DNA from: a virus
Taxonomy: Duplodnaviria > Caudoviricetes
DNA length: 64,000 nucleotides
Virus record (IMG/VR): IMGVR_UViG_2930369814_000001
Location: 1-64,000 of that record
Strand: one strand, 5' to 3'
Positions 38,448 through 47,756 of the stretch are shown in pieces (within the stretch, counting starts at the first letter, position 1; the number at the start of each line of letters is the position of its first letter). Below the pieces are notes generated by a model. It was not told where the DNA came from. It saw nothing but the letters and a program-made list of their open reading frames with translations, and ran no database searches. The position numbers and the translations under genes were made by a program.

Positions 38448-38630
38448 TCAGTGCAGGTGGATGCGGCGCACGAGAAACCCACTCCAGGTGCGGATCTCCT
38501 CGGTGCTGCCGTCGCAGTCCTTGATCAGGCAGACGGGCGGGCCGGGGTAGACGGCAGGTTCCGGCTCGGGCTGGCCGATGCCCAGATCGCGTTCGAGGTC
38601 CGCGATCCGCTGGTAGTCCGGAGCAGGCAT
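38448..38630 (-). CDS. hypothetical protein
   Basis: PDYQRIADLERDLGI. Confidence 0.55.
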   Translation of the reverse strand: MPAPDYQRIADLERDLGIGQPEPEPAVYPGPPVCLIKDCDGSTEEIRTWSGFLVRRIHLH

Positions 38631-38646
38631 AGTGCTCTCCGTGGGG

Positions 38647-38919
38647 TCAGGTGGCGTTGAGCTGCTGGGTCAGCGCGAGCATGTGTTCCAGGTGCTGCTC
38701 TCGTTCCTGTGCGCTGCGGCGGCAACGGTCGAGGAGGGCGTCCGTCAGGTAGCTGACGGCGCGGCCGTTGCTGTCGACGAAGCAGTAGCCGTCGTGGTGC
38801 CCGTCGCGCTCCGCTGAGGTAGCGCCCTTAGCCAGGAGGATCGGCATCCCGTCGTATCGGACGAGGAGCCCACGCTGCCGCTGCTGGAAGCTCAGGTGCG
38901 TGATGTCGAGGTCAGCCAC
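38647..38919 (-). CDS. hypothetical protein
   Basis: GTG start with GGAAC upstream; operonic. Confidence 0.55.
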   Translation of the reverse strand: MADLDITHLSFQQRQRGLLVRYDGMPILLAKGATSAERDGHHDGYCFVDSNGRAVSYLTDALLDRCRRSAQEREQHLEHMLALTQQLNAT

Positions 38920-39451
38920 GGTTCCACCACCAGCACCCGAGCGTCGAGCCCTTGTAGCTCTCGACCCGACCGCCGAGTCCAGCCATAACGGCGTCCATGT
39001 CGTCCGCGTCCCACTGGTGGAGGTGGGCTTCGTGCGGGTTGCCGTCGACCTCACCCTGCGGGCTGTCGACGATGGGCACGGAGACGAGGATGTTCCAGGC
39101 TCCGGCGGCCACGGTGCGCTCCAGGAGGGCCACGGCGTCGTCGCGCTCGACGTGCTCCAGGACGTCACCGAAGATCACGAGGTCGCGGTGGAACAGGTGG
39201 TCTGCCGACTCGCGGACGTCCTCGACGTGGATCTCGTCGTACATCCGCCGCGTCTTCGTCGACTTCAGCTTGAAGCGCTGGATGTACGGTCGATGCGCTT
39301 CGATGCCGGTCCACCACACGCCTTCGTGCACGGGCCGGAACAGCTTGGCGTAGGTGCCTTCGCCAGGCCCGACGTCGGTGACCGTGTTGGGCAGGTGGTG
39401 GCGGAACCAGGTGAGGGACCAGTCCTTGCCCTCAGCGTCGGATGTGGGCAT
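38912..39451 (-). CDS. class I SAM-dependent methyltransferase
   Basis: DVGPGEG motif I; GDVLEHV; NPHEAH. Confidence 0.85.
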   Translation of the reverse strand: MPTSDAEGKDWSLTWFRHHLPNTVTDVGPGEGTYAKLFRPVHEGVWWTGIEAHRPYIQRFKLKSTKTRRMYDEIHVEDVRESADHLFHRDLVIFGDVLEHVERDDAVALLERTVAAGAWNILVSVPIVDSPQGEVDGNPHEAHLHQWDADDMDAVMAGLGGRVESYKGSTLGCWWWNRG

Positions 39452-39461
39452 GACGGGTCTC

Positions 39462-41333
39462 CTAGCTGACGAGGTTCTGGCCGGGGGCGGTGACGCCGGT
39501 GGCGCCGGTCCAGTCGAGGATCTGCCGGGTGCCGACCAGGTTGTAGGCGGTTCCGGACGGCCACGACGAGCCGGTCAGATCGTTGTTGAGGATCAGGGCG
39601 TCGGTGGCTGAGGCGGTGACGTCGAGCCCCCACGTGGCTGTGACGCCGTTGCGGAGGATGGTGTTGCTGATGATCCGCGGCCGGACGGTGCTGGATGTGG
39701 CGCGGATGCCGGAGCCGGCAGCGCCGACGATCCGGTTCGTGGCGACCGTGACGTTGGAGCCGCCGCTGACGAGGATGCCGTGACTGGACGACCCGTCGAC
39801 GACGTTGGTGGTGACGTGGCCGCCCGTGCACGTGTCCACGCCGATGCTCGTGCCGCCGGAGCTGGCGCACTGGTTGCCGGTGATGAGCGGCGCCGCACAG
39901 TTGATCGCATAGATGCTCGACGACGTACACGCACTGATCTTGTTTTCGGCGATCTGCGGCTGGTCGGCCTGCGACACGTAAATGCCGGTGGTGGCCGATC
40001 CGGTGACCCGGTTCCCGATGAAGGACACGCCAGCGGGTCGCGCGGTGGCGAAGCCGACGACCCGCAGCGGCGATGATCCTCCGGCCGTTCCGAGGATGTT
40101 GCCTCGGACGGTGACGTCCTGGCAGATGTTGGTGTAGCCGGCGGCTGCCGGGTCGGGCCCGGTGACGATGATTCCGGCACCCTCTGTGCCTGTCACCACG
40201 TTGTCGGCGATGACCGCGTTCTTCCAGGCGTAGGCGCGGACGCCCTCCTGCAACGTGGTTTCGATGCGGTTGCCGAGGATCTGTACGCCGTCGCACCAGG
40301 TGGTGGCGTTGTAGCTGGAGTGGGATCCGATGGCGCGGCCGAAGCCGCCGAGGCGGGCGGAGGCGCCGAACGAGCAGCCTTGGACGAGGATGTTGCGGCA
40401 GCCGGTGCCGTCGAAGGCGCCGTTGATGCCAGACCCGGACACGGCGAAGTCGAGCTGGATCGCCTCACGGAAGCTGCTGGACTGGTCGACGGTGTTGTCG
40501 CGGAAGCCCTCGAACCGGCAGTTCAGAATGCGCACGTTCTGGCTGGCAACAAGGTCGATGCCGTGCCCGCTCGACACGTTCCGGATCGTCACGTCGCGGA
40601 AGATGACGTCGCTGTTGTGGCCGCACAGGAAGCCGTTGACGATGCTGGTCGCCGTACCGGTGGAACCGTCGGAGGCGTTGACGTCCCAGATGCCGCCGCA
40701 GATCCGGATGCGGGAGTGCCCGGTGTAGCCGGTGAACGCGGTGTCCGTCTCGCGGTACAGCTTGGCCAGGCCCCGGTTGGCGATGCCCTTGATCGTCGCC
40801 CCGTAGGCGACGACGGTGACCCCGGTGAGGATGTGCAGGTGGTCGGAGATGCCGTAGGTGCGGCCGGGCGGCAGGTAGACGATGCCCCCGCCGGCTTCGT
40901 GGGCGGCGCCGATTGCTGCTTCGATGGCGGGCAGGTCGTCGGCGAGGCCGTTGCCGACGGCGTTGTAGGGGCCGTGGGTGACGTCGTAGACGCCGGTGAG
41001 GCCGCCGCCGCTGGAGGCGCCGCCGTGGGTGTGGTCGGCGCGGGCCGCCGCGGGGCTGACGCCGGGCAGCGCGTTCTGGGTGATGTCGCGGATGGCGGTG
41101 TCGTCGAACGGCACTGCGGTGAGGAGTGCGGTCGTGTCGGCGATGCCGTGAACGTCGTGGGTGCTGGCCTGGTGCGCGGCGAGGCCGGCGGCTGTGGCGA
41201 GGCCGGTGATGCTGCCTGTCTGTCCGTTGACGGAGGAGACGAGCCCGGCGGCGACTTCGATGACACGGGATGGGGTGCCGCCGGTGACGTTGACGGTGTC
41301 GGCGGGCTTCTCGCCGATGACCCGGATTCTCAC
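39462..41333 (-). CDS. parallel beta-helix (pectate-lyase-like) spike / depolymerase
   Basis: AVGNGLADD..AI..AI, VYLPPG, repeated I.GN.I rungs; SSVNGQTG linker. Confidence 0.85.
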   Translation of the reverse strand: MRIRVIGEKPADTVNVTGGTPSRVIEVAAGLVSSVNGQTGSITGLATAAGLAAHQASTHDVHGIADTTALLTAVPFDDTAIRDITQNALPGVSPAAARADHTHGGASSGGGLTGVYDVTHGPYNAVGNGLADDLPAIEAAIGAAHEAGGGIVYLPPGRTYGISDHLHILTGVTVVAYGATIKGIANRGLAKLYRETDTAFTGYTGHSRIRICGGIWDVNASDGSTGTATSIVNGFLCGHNSDVIFRDVTIRNVSSGHGIDLVASQNVRILNCRFEGFRDNTVDQSSSFREAIQLDFAVSGSGINGAFDGTGCRNILVQGCSFGASARLGGFGRAIGSHSSYNATTWCDGVQILGNRIETTLQEGVRAYAWKNAVIADNVVTGTEGAGIIVTGPDPAAAGYTNICQDVTVRGNILGTAGGSSPLRVVGFATARPAGVSFIGNRVTGSATTGIYVSQADQPQIAENKISACTSSSIYAINCAAPLITGNQCASSGGTSIGVDTCTGGHVTTNVVDGSSSHGILVSGGSNVTVATNRIVGAAGSGIRATSSTVRPRIISNTILRNGVTATWGLDVTASATDALILNNDLTGSSWPSGTAYNLVGTRQILDWTGATGVTAPGQNLVS

Positions 41334-42442
41334 CTGGTCACCTCCGGGGAGACGATCGCCCTCCCGTTGAGGATCCGCACCACGGTGGAGCCCTGGACGA
41401 CTTCGAGGTCCCAGCGGCCGTTGCGGGTGAGGGTGGCGGTCGCGGTGGCGGGGATGGCCAGCCGGATGGATCCGCCGGTGGTGGTGAGGTAGTCGGTGAG
41501 GTCGAGGAGGAGCGGGGCGGTGGGGGTGGCGTCGGACCGGATTTGTGCGCGGGCGGTCCAGCCGTCCCAGGTGAAGTCGGGGTCGTCGTCGACGGTGTAC
41601 GTCTGGACGAAGGTGGCGCCTTGTTCGATGTACAGGTCCCAGTCTCCCGCGGCCAAGGCTGCCACCTCCGGGAGGTTGGTTCCGTCGGCGTCCGCGGCTA
41701 GTTCGGTGCTGGCGGTGAGGCTGGCGTCGGCGTGGGCGGTGAGGGCGGCGTCGGCGTCGAGGCTGGTGTCGGCGGTAAGCGCGGCGAGGGCTGCGGCACC
41801 AAGGCGGGGCGCTGCGGTGAGGGTGCTGCCGACGGTGAGCGCTGTGGCCGCGGTCCATACGGCGCCGTCGGACAGGGTGTTGACATTGTCGTACTCGGCG
41901 TAGTCGGTGACGCCCGCGTCGCGGTAGCCGTACAGGTCGAGGGCGCAGGTGTCGACGGCCGCGGTGACCCAGGCGGGGGTGGCGAGCGTGCGACGGTTGG
42001 TCCACGTCGATCCGTCGGGGCTGGTGTCCCAGTAGATGTTGGTGCCGTCTTCGCGGAGCCGCAGCCACAGGTGATCGGTGGCCGAGTAGGTGATCTCTAC
42101 GGCTGTGGGGTCGTAGTAGTCGGTGTTGGCTTGCATGCGGAGCATGCCGGTCACCAGGTTGATTTTGAAGCCGAGGGCGGTGCCGTCGACAGCGGAGGTG
42201 ACCATGAAGTGCACGCCGACGTCGGTGCCGGTCGACACGGCGGGCAGGGTGGGGATTTTCAGGTAGACGGTGGCGCCGGCCAGTGTCCAGGCCCGCCCGG
42301 TCTGGAATCCGGCGTAGGCGCCCGCGACGAGGGGGACGCGGGCGCGGCCGGCGGCGATGCTGACACCACCGTAGGAGTCGCCCCAGTTGGCGCTGATGAT
42401 TCCGCTGTTGAAGTTGTCGACGAGTGTGCTGAGGCTGGGCAT
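41330..42442 (-). CDS. virion fibre / adaptor protein
   Basis: Lectin-like N-terminal domain, Ala/Thr stalk, C-terminal IEQGATF...ARAQIR...WDLEV adaptor-like domain. Confidence 0.7.
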   Translation of the reverse strand: MPSLSTLVDNFNSGIISANWGDSYGGVSIAAGRARVPLVAGAYAGFQTGRAWTLAGATVYLKIPTLPAVSTGTDVGVHFMVTSAVDGTALGFKINLVTGMLRMQANTDYYDPTAVEITYSATDHLWLRLREDGTNIYWDTSPDGSTWTNRRTLATPAWVTAAVDTCALDLYGYRDAGVTDYAEYDNVNTLSDGAVWTAATALTVGSTLTAAPRLGAAALAALTADTSLDADAALTAHADASLTASTELAADADGTNLPEVAALAAGDWDLYIEQGATFVQTYTVDDDPDFTWDGWTARAQIRSDATPTAPLLLDLTDYLTTTGGSIRLAIPATATATLTRNGRWDLEVVQGSTVVRILNGRAIVSPEVTR

Positions 42443-42453
42443 GCCCGCCCCCT

Positions 42454-42840
42454 CTACGCGATCGACAGGGTGAGCGCTCCGGCGGGAAGTTTCAGCTCGT
42501 CACCTGCGGCGACGGTGCGGGTGGCGGACAGCGGCCCGTACCAGAGGCGGACGGGGCTGCCTGCGGAGTCCCACACTTCGACGCCGACGACGGTGGCGGC
42601 GGGCATGCTGGCCCAGGTGAGGTCGGCGCTGTTGCTGGTGGCGCCGTTGACGGCGGCGGCCACGGACAGGTTCTGCCGGGTGTAGGACCCGCCGGCGACT
42701 TCGGTGCCTGCGGTGGCGTCGTCGCCGTTGGCGGTGACGAGGGCGACTTTGAGCGGTGTGGTGGGCCGGGTGGGGGTGCCGACGCCGAGGATCCAGTCGA
42801 GGGCAAGGTTTTCGGCTGTGTTCGCAAGGTTGTCGGCCAC
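42454..42840 (-). CDS. small virion fibre-base-type protein
   Basis: GTEVAGGSYTRQ...RTVAAGDELK.PAGAL, a motif I recognise from actinophage structural genes. Confidence 0.7.
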   Translation of the reverse strand: MADNLANTAENLALDWILGVGTPTRPTTPLKVALVTANGDDATAGTEVAGGSYTRQNLSVAAAVNGATSNSADLTWASMPAATVVGVEVWDSAGSPVRLWYGPLSATRTVAAGDELKLPAGALTLSIA

Positions 42841-42956
42841 GCGGCCTCCTTCGCTTGGGCGCCGCGTGGCGCGTGGTTGGGGTGTCCCGCCGCCTGGACG
42901 GGGGGTGTCGGGCGGCGGGACTCGGGGCGGTGACCGTGCCGCCCCGGCTTTGGGGT

Positions 42957-43862
42957 CTAGCGCTTCCAGGCGTAGACCTTCTCGCCACCGATCATCGGGG
43001 CGCCCTCGGGGCCCTTGATGTGCGGTGCGATCCACACTGGTCGGTGGACTTGCCGGGCCGGGTACCACTGCTGGCGCCAGTGGCCGCGCACGATCCACTG
43101 GTGATGGAACTCGCGGGAGCCGTCGCCAGAGCCACTGTGGGCGGGACGGCGAAGCTCGATCACGCGAACGGGACTGGGCTCGCGACCTACGCGTCGCAGG
43201 CGTTTCGCCGACGCTCGAGTCGGCTCCGTCTCATCCGTTCGCGCGAGCGTCTGCTGCATGAGTAGCCATGTCGCCCTGAGGGCAGGAGCCAGCCCTTCGA
43301 GGAAGCCGTCGCTGTCCGGGGATGCTCCGTCATTCTCCCCGAACTCCCACGCGAACTCTGCGCCGAAGCCGTAGATGAGTCGCGGTTCCGTCCAGGGACG
43401 CCGACTCTTGGTCCGCTTGGCTATGTGCGGCGCCGCCTCGTCGCGAGCGAGGTAGACGGTGCCGTAGATGCCGTTCCCATTCGGCGGCATGGGGCCCCAA
43501 CAGACTGCCTTCACCCCGCAAGGTGCGCCGGGAAACGGCACTACGTGAGGCGGCGTCTCAAAGAGCATCAGCCCGCATCGGGAGGGCACATCCTCGGCCT
43601 GCAAGGCAAATCCCGGTACAGACCGTGCGGCAGCGCGGGCCAAGCTCCCCATGTCCGATGAGACGTAGTACAGCTCTGCGCTGTCAAGGCGGTCTGCCTC
43701 GAGAGCTCGCAGAGTCGCCTGGTCGCGCCCGGCAGGTCCGAAGCACCAGTCCCACAACTTCTGGTCGACTCCACTGGCCCACATCTCTGCGGCATAGGTT
43801 GAGTTGATCCACTCCACGACGTCAGCGCGCAGCTCGGGTAGGTCGACGGGCCGGATATCCAT
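42957..43862 (-). CDS. hypothetical protein with VRGHWRQQW motif
   Basis: 301 aa; C-terminal HQWIVRGHWRQQWYP...WIAPHIKGP. Confidence 0.75.
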   Translation of the reverse strand: MDIRPVDLPELRADVVEWINSTYAAEMWASGVDQKLWDWCFGPAGRDQATLRALEADRLDSAELYYVSSDMGSLARAAARSVPGFALQAEDVPSRCGLMLFETPPHVVPFPGAPCGVKAVCWGPMPPNGNGIYGTVYLARDEAAPHIAKRTKSRRPWTEPRLIYGFGAEFAWEFGENDGASPDSDGFLEGLAPALRATWLLMQQTLARTDETEPTRASAKRLRRVGREPSPVRVIELRRPAHSGSGDGSREFHHQWIVRGHWRQQWYPARQVHRPVWIAPHIKGPEGAPMIGGEKVYAWKR

Positions 43863-44047
43863 GTCGTCTCCAGGGAACGCGGAAGCCCGGCGCCTGGAAC
43901 GCCGGGCTTCCTTCCCGCAGTAGCTAGCTGCGGGCGTTGATGGGGTTGTTGTCCGCCCGGCCACCCCACAGAGGCCGGGCGGACATGGGGGCCGAGCGCT
44001 GGGGGCGCTGCAAGGCCCAACCCTGCGGGAGCCGTCACGCAGGGAGA

Positions 44048-44293
44048 TCAGGCGGCGAGTAAGGGTGCCGTTTCGATGATGGGCGGGGTGGGTCCGGGTT
44101 CGAGCAGTTCGCGGGTGTCGGCGTCGCGGCGGGCTTCGGGGAGTTCGGCGAGGTCGTAGAGGACGCCGTTGCGGCGCCGGGCGCGGTCGCCGTGGCGGGT
44201 GAGTCGTCCTTCGGCTGCCCATCGTCGGATGGTGGTGGCGGGGCGGCCGGTCCAGTAGACGGCGAGGTCTTCGGTGACGAGCTGCGGGGGCAT
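44048..44293 (-). CDS. MerR/Xis-like HTH DNA-binding protein
   Basis: TGRPATTIRRWAAEGRL...LYDL. Confidence 0.7.
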   Translation of the reverse strand: MPPQLVTEDLAVYWTGRPATTIRRWAAEGRLTRHGDRARRRNGVLYDLAELPEARRDADTRELLEPGPTPPIIETAPLLAA

Positions 44294-44366
44294 TCGACCA
44301 CCCCCTAAACGTGAGAAAGGGCCGCCTGTAGCGGCCCTCCAGACACAGCGAGATCGATTGGAGCAG

Positions 44367-44396
44367 ACGATACGCTCAGACCTGATCAGATAGCAA
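44367..44396 (-). promoter_or_regulatory. possible housekeeping-type promoter
   Basis: TTGCTA-18-TATCGT on the minus strand. Confidence 0.35.
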
Positions 44397-44416
44397 CCCC
44401 TGTTGCCGAAACGGCA

Positions 44417-44746
44417 TCAGGGGGCGACTGTGATCTGTTCGCCGTCCCACAGCAGCGTCTCCCCGACGCGAGCAAGGATGGCGGGTTCCCCGTCTCGCTG
44501 CACGACCCACCCGCCGACTCCGGCGACAGCCCGGTAGCCGTGTTGGCGGCACCAGCGGTCGGGGATGTCGAGGAGCATCGACATGGTGAGGGTGAGGCGT
44601 GCCGGGTTGGCTGCGGCCCGGTTGCACGCCATGCGCCGGAAGAGGTCGGCCGTTCCTTGGAGTGCCCACCGGGTCCGCTGCGGCGTTCGGAAGCGGTGGG
44701 CTTCCTCCTCGTAGGCACGGGCCAAGTCGATCAGGGTTCCGCTCAC
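44417..44746 (-). CDS. hypothetical protein
   Basis: Coupled ORF. Confidence 0.55.
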   Translation of the reverse strand: MSGTLIDLARAYEEEAHRFRTPQRTRWALQGTADLFRRMACNRAAANPARLTLTMSMLLDIPDRWCRQHGYRAVAGVGGWVVQRDGEPAILARVGETLLWDGEQITVAP

Positions 44747-44976
44747 GGTGTCTCCTGGGTGGCTGCGATGGCGCGGAATTCAAGCGTGTCGGCTTCGATG
44801 TCGATGGCGGCCCCGGCGGTGTGAAGGTCGCAGTCGGGGTCGTCGGCAAGGTTCCGGCAGGACGTGGCGATGGCCCGCAGGAGGATCGTGACGACTTCGC
44901 ACGACAGGTAGGGCTGGCCGTCGTTCGCGGTCACGATCGGCAGACTGTCCGCCGCATGCGGCAGCGGGGCAGTCAC
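44743..44976 (-). CDS. hypothetical protein
   Basis: GTGA overlaps at both ends. Confidence 0.55.
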   Translation of the reverse strand: MTAPLPHAADSLPIVTANDGQPYLSCEVVTILLRAIATSCRNLADDPDCDLHTAGAAIDIEADTLEFRAIAATQETP

Positions 44977-45290
44977 TTCGTGTCCATGAGGCGCCGCCAC
45001 CATGGCCGCCTTGGGGCGTGGGCTACCGGCTCGCGGAGCAGGTGGCTGGCAATGGGCCACTGGGGGTAGCCGCGATGCTCACAGGGGTAGAAGGTGACGA
45101 TCCATACGCCTTGGACTTCGTCGAACTCCCACACAGCATCGTCTGGCGCTGGGTACGAGTGCAGAGGGCAGGTGCCTACAAGGGGCTTGCCCTGCGCCTG
45201 CGCGAGTTCGAGGTTACGGGTCTTCTCGATGCCCATCGGGAAGGTCGGCGGGCAGCCGTATGGACGGCGCAAGATGCGTCTGGGTGTCAC
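44973..45290 (-). CDS. hypothetical protein
   Basis: Coupled ORF with a PWWRRL tail. Confidence 0.5.
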   Translation of the reverse strand: MTPRRILRRPYGCPPTFPMGIEKTRNLELAQAQGKPLVGTCPLHSYPAPDDAVWEFDEVQGVWIVTFYPCEHRGYPQWPIASHLLREPVAHAPRRPWWRRLMDTK

Positions 45291-46015
45291 GCCGCCACCT
45301 CATGCTCCTGCTCGTTCCGCTGCTGCTCGGTCACAGCGTCCTGCGCGGCGCGGAGTTCCCGCCATTCCCCGAGCGTCTCCCACCGTGTCCCGCAGCCTGC
45401 GCATCGGACGCGGTGGCTGGCGGCGGTCGCGGTCAACGGCGTCGCGCAGTGGCCGTCGTCGACGCGTACCGGGCACAGGCCGATTTTGACCCGGCCGGGG
45501 CGGCGATCACCGTCGACGATCGCCTTGCACTCGGCGTGCAGACGCCTCAGGTCGTCGATATCCTGCCCCACCTCCTCGTAAGAGCTGCACGCCCACAGGA
45601 GGTTGTTGCCGAGGAACCCGGCCAGCTCCGGTACCGCCTGCGCCGGGGAACCACGCCACGGGGCAACCGTCCAGCCGAGCGCGACCCGCCACGCATCCTC
45701 AATCGCCGACAGCCGCGCGGCGACACCGCCAGGCCCGACCAACGCGAGGACTTCCAAGCGGGGCGGGATCGGCGGCGTCTTGCTGCCGGTACTCCCGGAT
45801 CCGCCGGGCCGGCGCGCACCCCGCATCAGCATCGCGGTGGTGTCGAGCTGGCGGAACAGGGCGGGCAGTTCGGCTATCCGCTGCCCGGTCTGGTCTTCGC
45901 AGGGGCGGCAGGCCCAGCGGCCGGTCTCGTTGGCCCAAAGCTGACGGCCGCAGTTCGGGGTGACACAGGTCGGCCACGAATACTCGTCGAGGTCGGTGGT
46001 GGGGTTGTCGTGCAC
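45287..46015 (-). CDS. multi-Zn-finger protein (possible late transcription regulator)
   Basis: CVTPNC, CRPC, GLCP...C and CAGCG..W motifs; located upstream of the late genes. Confidence 0.65.
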   Translation of the reverse strand: MHDNPTTDLDEYSWPTCVTPNCGRQLWANETGRWACRPCEDQTGQRIAELPALFRQLDTTAMLMRGARRPGGSGSTGSKTPPIPPRLEVLALVGPGGVAARLSAIEDAWRVALGWTVAPWRGSPAQAVPELAGFLGNNLLWACSSYEEVGQDIDDLRRLHAECKAIVDGDRRPGRVKIGLCPVRVDDGHCATPLTATAASHRVRCAGCGTRWETLGEWRELRAAQDAVTEQQRNEQEHEVAA

Positions 46016-46153
46016 GGCAGGCTCCTCATGGCGCGGGAAGCAGGGTGATGCTTGAGCCAATGATGGCGCATGAGGTTGACAGACTGGTCCGTTGGCACAG
46101 TCGGGCATGCGTGAGGGCCCGCACTGGTCTAGTGCGGGCCCTCGGCGGGGCGG

Positions 46154-46312
46154 TCACTTCTCTATGGCGGGCGATTCTCCAGCTCCCTCGCAGCGTTGTC
46201 CGCGCCGGGGGTCGACGATGCTGGTGCGGACGTTGCCGTGGTGGCCGATCTTGCCGGTTATGGTCAGGCTGATCGTGCGGCGGCAGACGGGGCAGGTTCC
46301 GTGCGGCGGCAT
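46154..46312 (-). CDS. small Zn-binding protein
   Basis: CPVC...H...CEGAG; RBS GAGGAG. Confidence 0.55.
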   Translation of the reverse strand: MPPHGTCPVCRRTISLTITGKIGHHGNVRTSIVDPRRGQRCEGAGESPAIEK

Positions 46313-46586
46313 GGTCGCTCCTCACTTCTCGGTGACGCGGTCGGCGGCCGTCACAGCGCGGGCGAGTGCCAGCGCGTCCTTGATTGTGCTCGGCTCGTCT
46401 CCGACCGCCCTGGCGTACACAGCAGAAGAACGCAGCAGCTTCGCCACCGCCTGGCCAAGCTCGGGGCTGATCGTGTCACTGTCGAGTTGGAGGGTCGCAG
46501 CGGCGCCGTCGGCCAACTCCTGCGACACCTGCTCCTTGTGACTCCTGGTTTGCATGGTCGGTCCTCACTTCTCGGTGGCGCGGTCG
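46309..46586. repeat. 35-bp direct repeat flanking one gene
   Basis: 46309-46343 and 46552-46586, 2 mismatches. Confidence 0.85.
46322..46555 (-). CDS. hypothetical protein
   Basis: Between the direct repeats. Confidence 0.6.
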   Translation of the reverse strand: MQTRSHKEQVSQELADGAAATLQLDSDTISPELGQAVAKLLRSSAVYARAVGDEPSTIKDALALARAVTAADRVTEK

Positions 46587-46804
46587 CCTCGGATGATGGC
46601 GAGGCAGTCCGTGCACCAGCGCTCTCCCGGCTTGTCCAGTCGCAGCGGCACATCCTGCTTGGGTCCCGGTGCGACGATGCCCTCCGTGTCGCTGCACGCG
46701 ATGGAGTGGAAGTCGCATTGTCCGTCGCAGCGGCCGACGGACTTGTGCCAGACCAGGACCGTATTGCCGCCCTCGGTCCGGACTCGCTCCTGTGTTGCCA
46801 GCAT
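46565..46804 (-). CDS. Cys-rich hypothetical protein
   Basis: RBS GAGGAG; WCTDC motif. Confidence 0.6.
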   Translation of the reverse strand: MLATQERVRTEGGNTVLVWHKSVGRCDGQCDFHSIACSDTEGIVAPGPKQDVPLRLDKPGERWCTDCLAIIRGDRATEK

Positions 46805-46815
46805 GGTCGATCTCC

Positions 46816-47127
46816 TCAATTCGTGTCTGCGTGCGTGATGCCGATGGCGGCGATGTCGCCCCGGCTGAGCTGGTACCGGCATCCGTCGGCCTCGGCGGTG
46901 ATCCCACCAGCACCCGCTTCGGTGATCTCGTAGACGCGGGTCTGGTTCCAGCGCAGCCCCGCGCGCGGGAACCGCACCCGGTCCCCCGCCTCGTACCGCT
47001 GGCCGCCGATCTCGAACACGGGCTCAGCGTCCCCGGCCTCGGCATGCTCGGTCCAGTACTGGCGGTCGGCTGCTGCCGCCTCGGCCGGGGACTCCTCCCA
47101 CCAATCAGCAGCCGCCACGGCGGTCAC
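46816..47127 (-). CDS. hypothetical protein
   Basis: N-terminus duplicated at 47717-47760. Confidence 0.6.
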   Translation of the reverse strand: MTAVAAADWWEESPAEAAAADRQYWTEHAEAGDAEPVFEIGGQRYEAGDRVRFPRAGLRWNQTRVYEITEAGAGGITAEADGCRYQLSRGDIAAIGITHADTN

Positions 47128-47423
47128 GGTGTCATCTCCGCAAGCCTCCGCAGCATGGCCGTCTGGTCACCGCTACTGGTGACCCAGGCACCGCCAGGCC
47201 CGTAGGCGGTGGTCCGGCTGGGCAGGTGCCGCTGGTTGTGCCCGTCGGGCGGGATCAGCAGCGAGCCCCGGAACGCGGCGTCGTCCGGCTGCGTGCCCTT
47301 GTAGAGGCAGAGCCGGAGGGCGCCGAGACGATCGACGCCGAGGACCAGGACGTGCCCGGCCGGGGTTGTGGAGTCGGCACCGGTCCAGCGGACGTTCAGG
47401 TCGGCAAGCTTGATCGCGGTCAC
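47124..47423 (-). CDS. hypothetical protein
   Basis: GTG start, translationally coupled. Confidence 0.6.
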   Translation of the reverse strand: MTAIKLADLNVRWTGADSTTPAGHVLVLGVDRLGALRLCLYKGTQPDDAAFRGSLLIPPDGHNQRHLPSRTTAYGPGGAWVTSSGDQTAMLRRLAEMTP

Positions 47424-47638
47424 GACGGCTCCTGCGGGATGTCGGATGCGTGGACGGTTTCGAAGTGCCACCAGCGTCCGCCTTCCCACTGCATGACCTT
47501 CGCCGTGTCGGCACCGGCCCGAAGCGCGGTCCGCACGTGCTCGAACGCCTTGGCCTCGCTGGTGTGCTCGGTCTCGGCAAGCTGGATACCGCCCTGGGTG
47601 AGGATCACCCGCCACGGCTTACGCGGCTTCACGGTCAT
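47420..47638 (-). CDS. hypothetical protein
   Basis: KPRKPWRVIL...WEGGRWWHFE. Confidence 0.6.
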   Translation of the reverse strand: MTVKPRKPWRVILTQGGIQLAETEHTSEAKAFEHVRTALRAGADTAKVMQWEGGRWWHFETVHASDIPQEPS

Positions 47639-47756
47639 CGGTTCTCCTTGGTGGCGTGCTCGGCGTTCTTCCGGTCGGCGATCGTCTGGGCGCCCCGGCG
47701 GGTGAAGCACGCTTCCGCCGGGGACTCCTCCCACCAGTCGGCAGCCGTCACGGCAG

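Larger units (their letters stand above)
36782..38450 (-). repeat. dispersed gene-junction repeat GGAGCCCGCGCCATGG
   Basis: Exact copies at 36782-36797, 37194-37209, 37469-37484 and 38090-38105; variant at 38423-38450. Confidence 0.85.
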
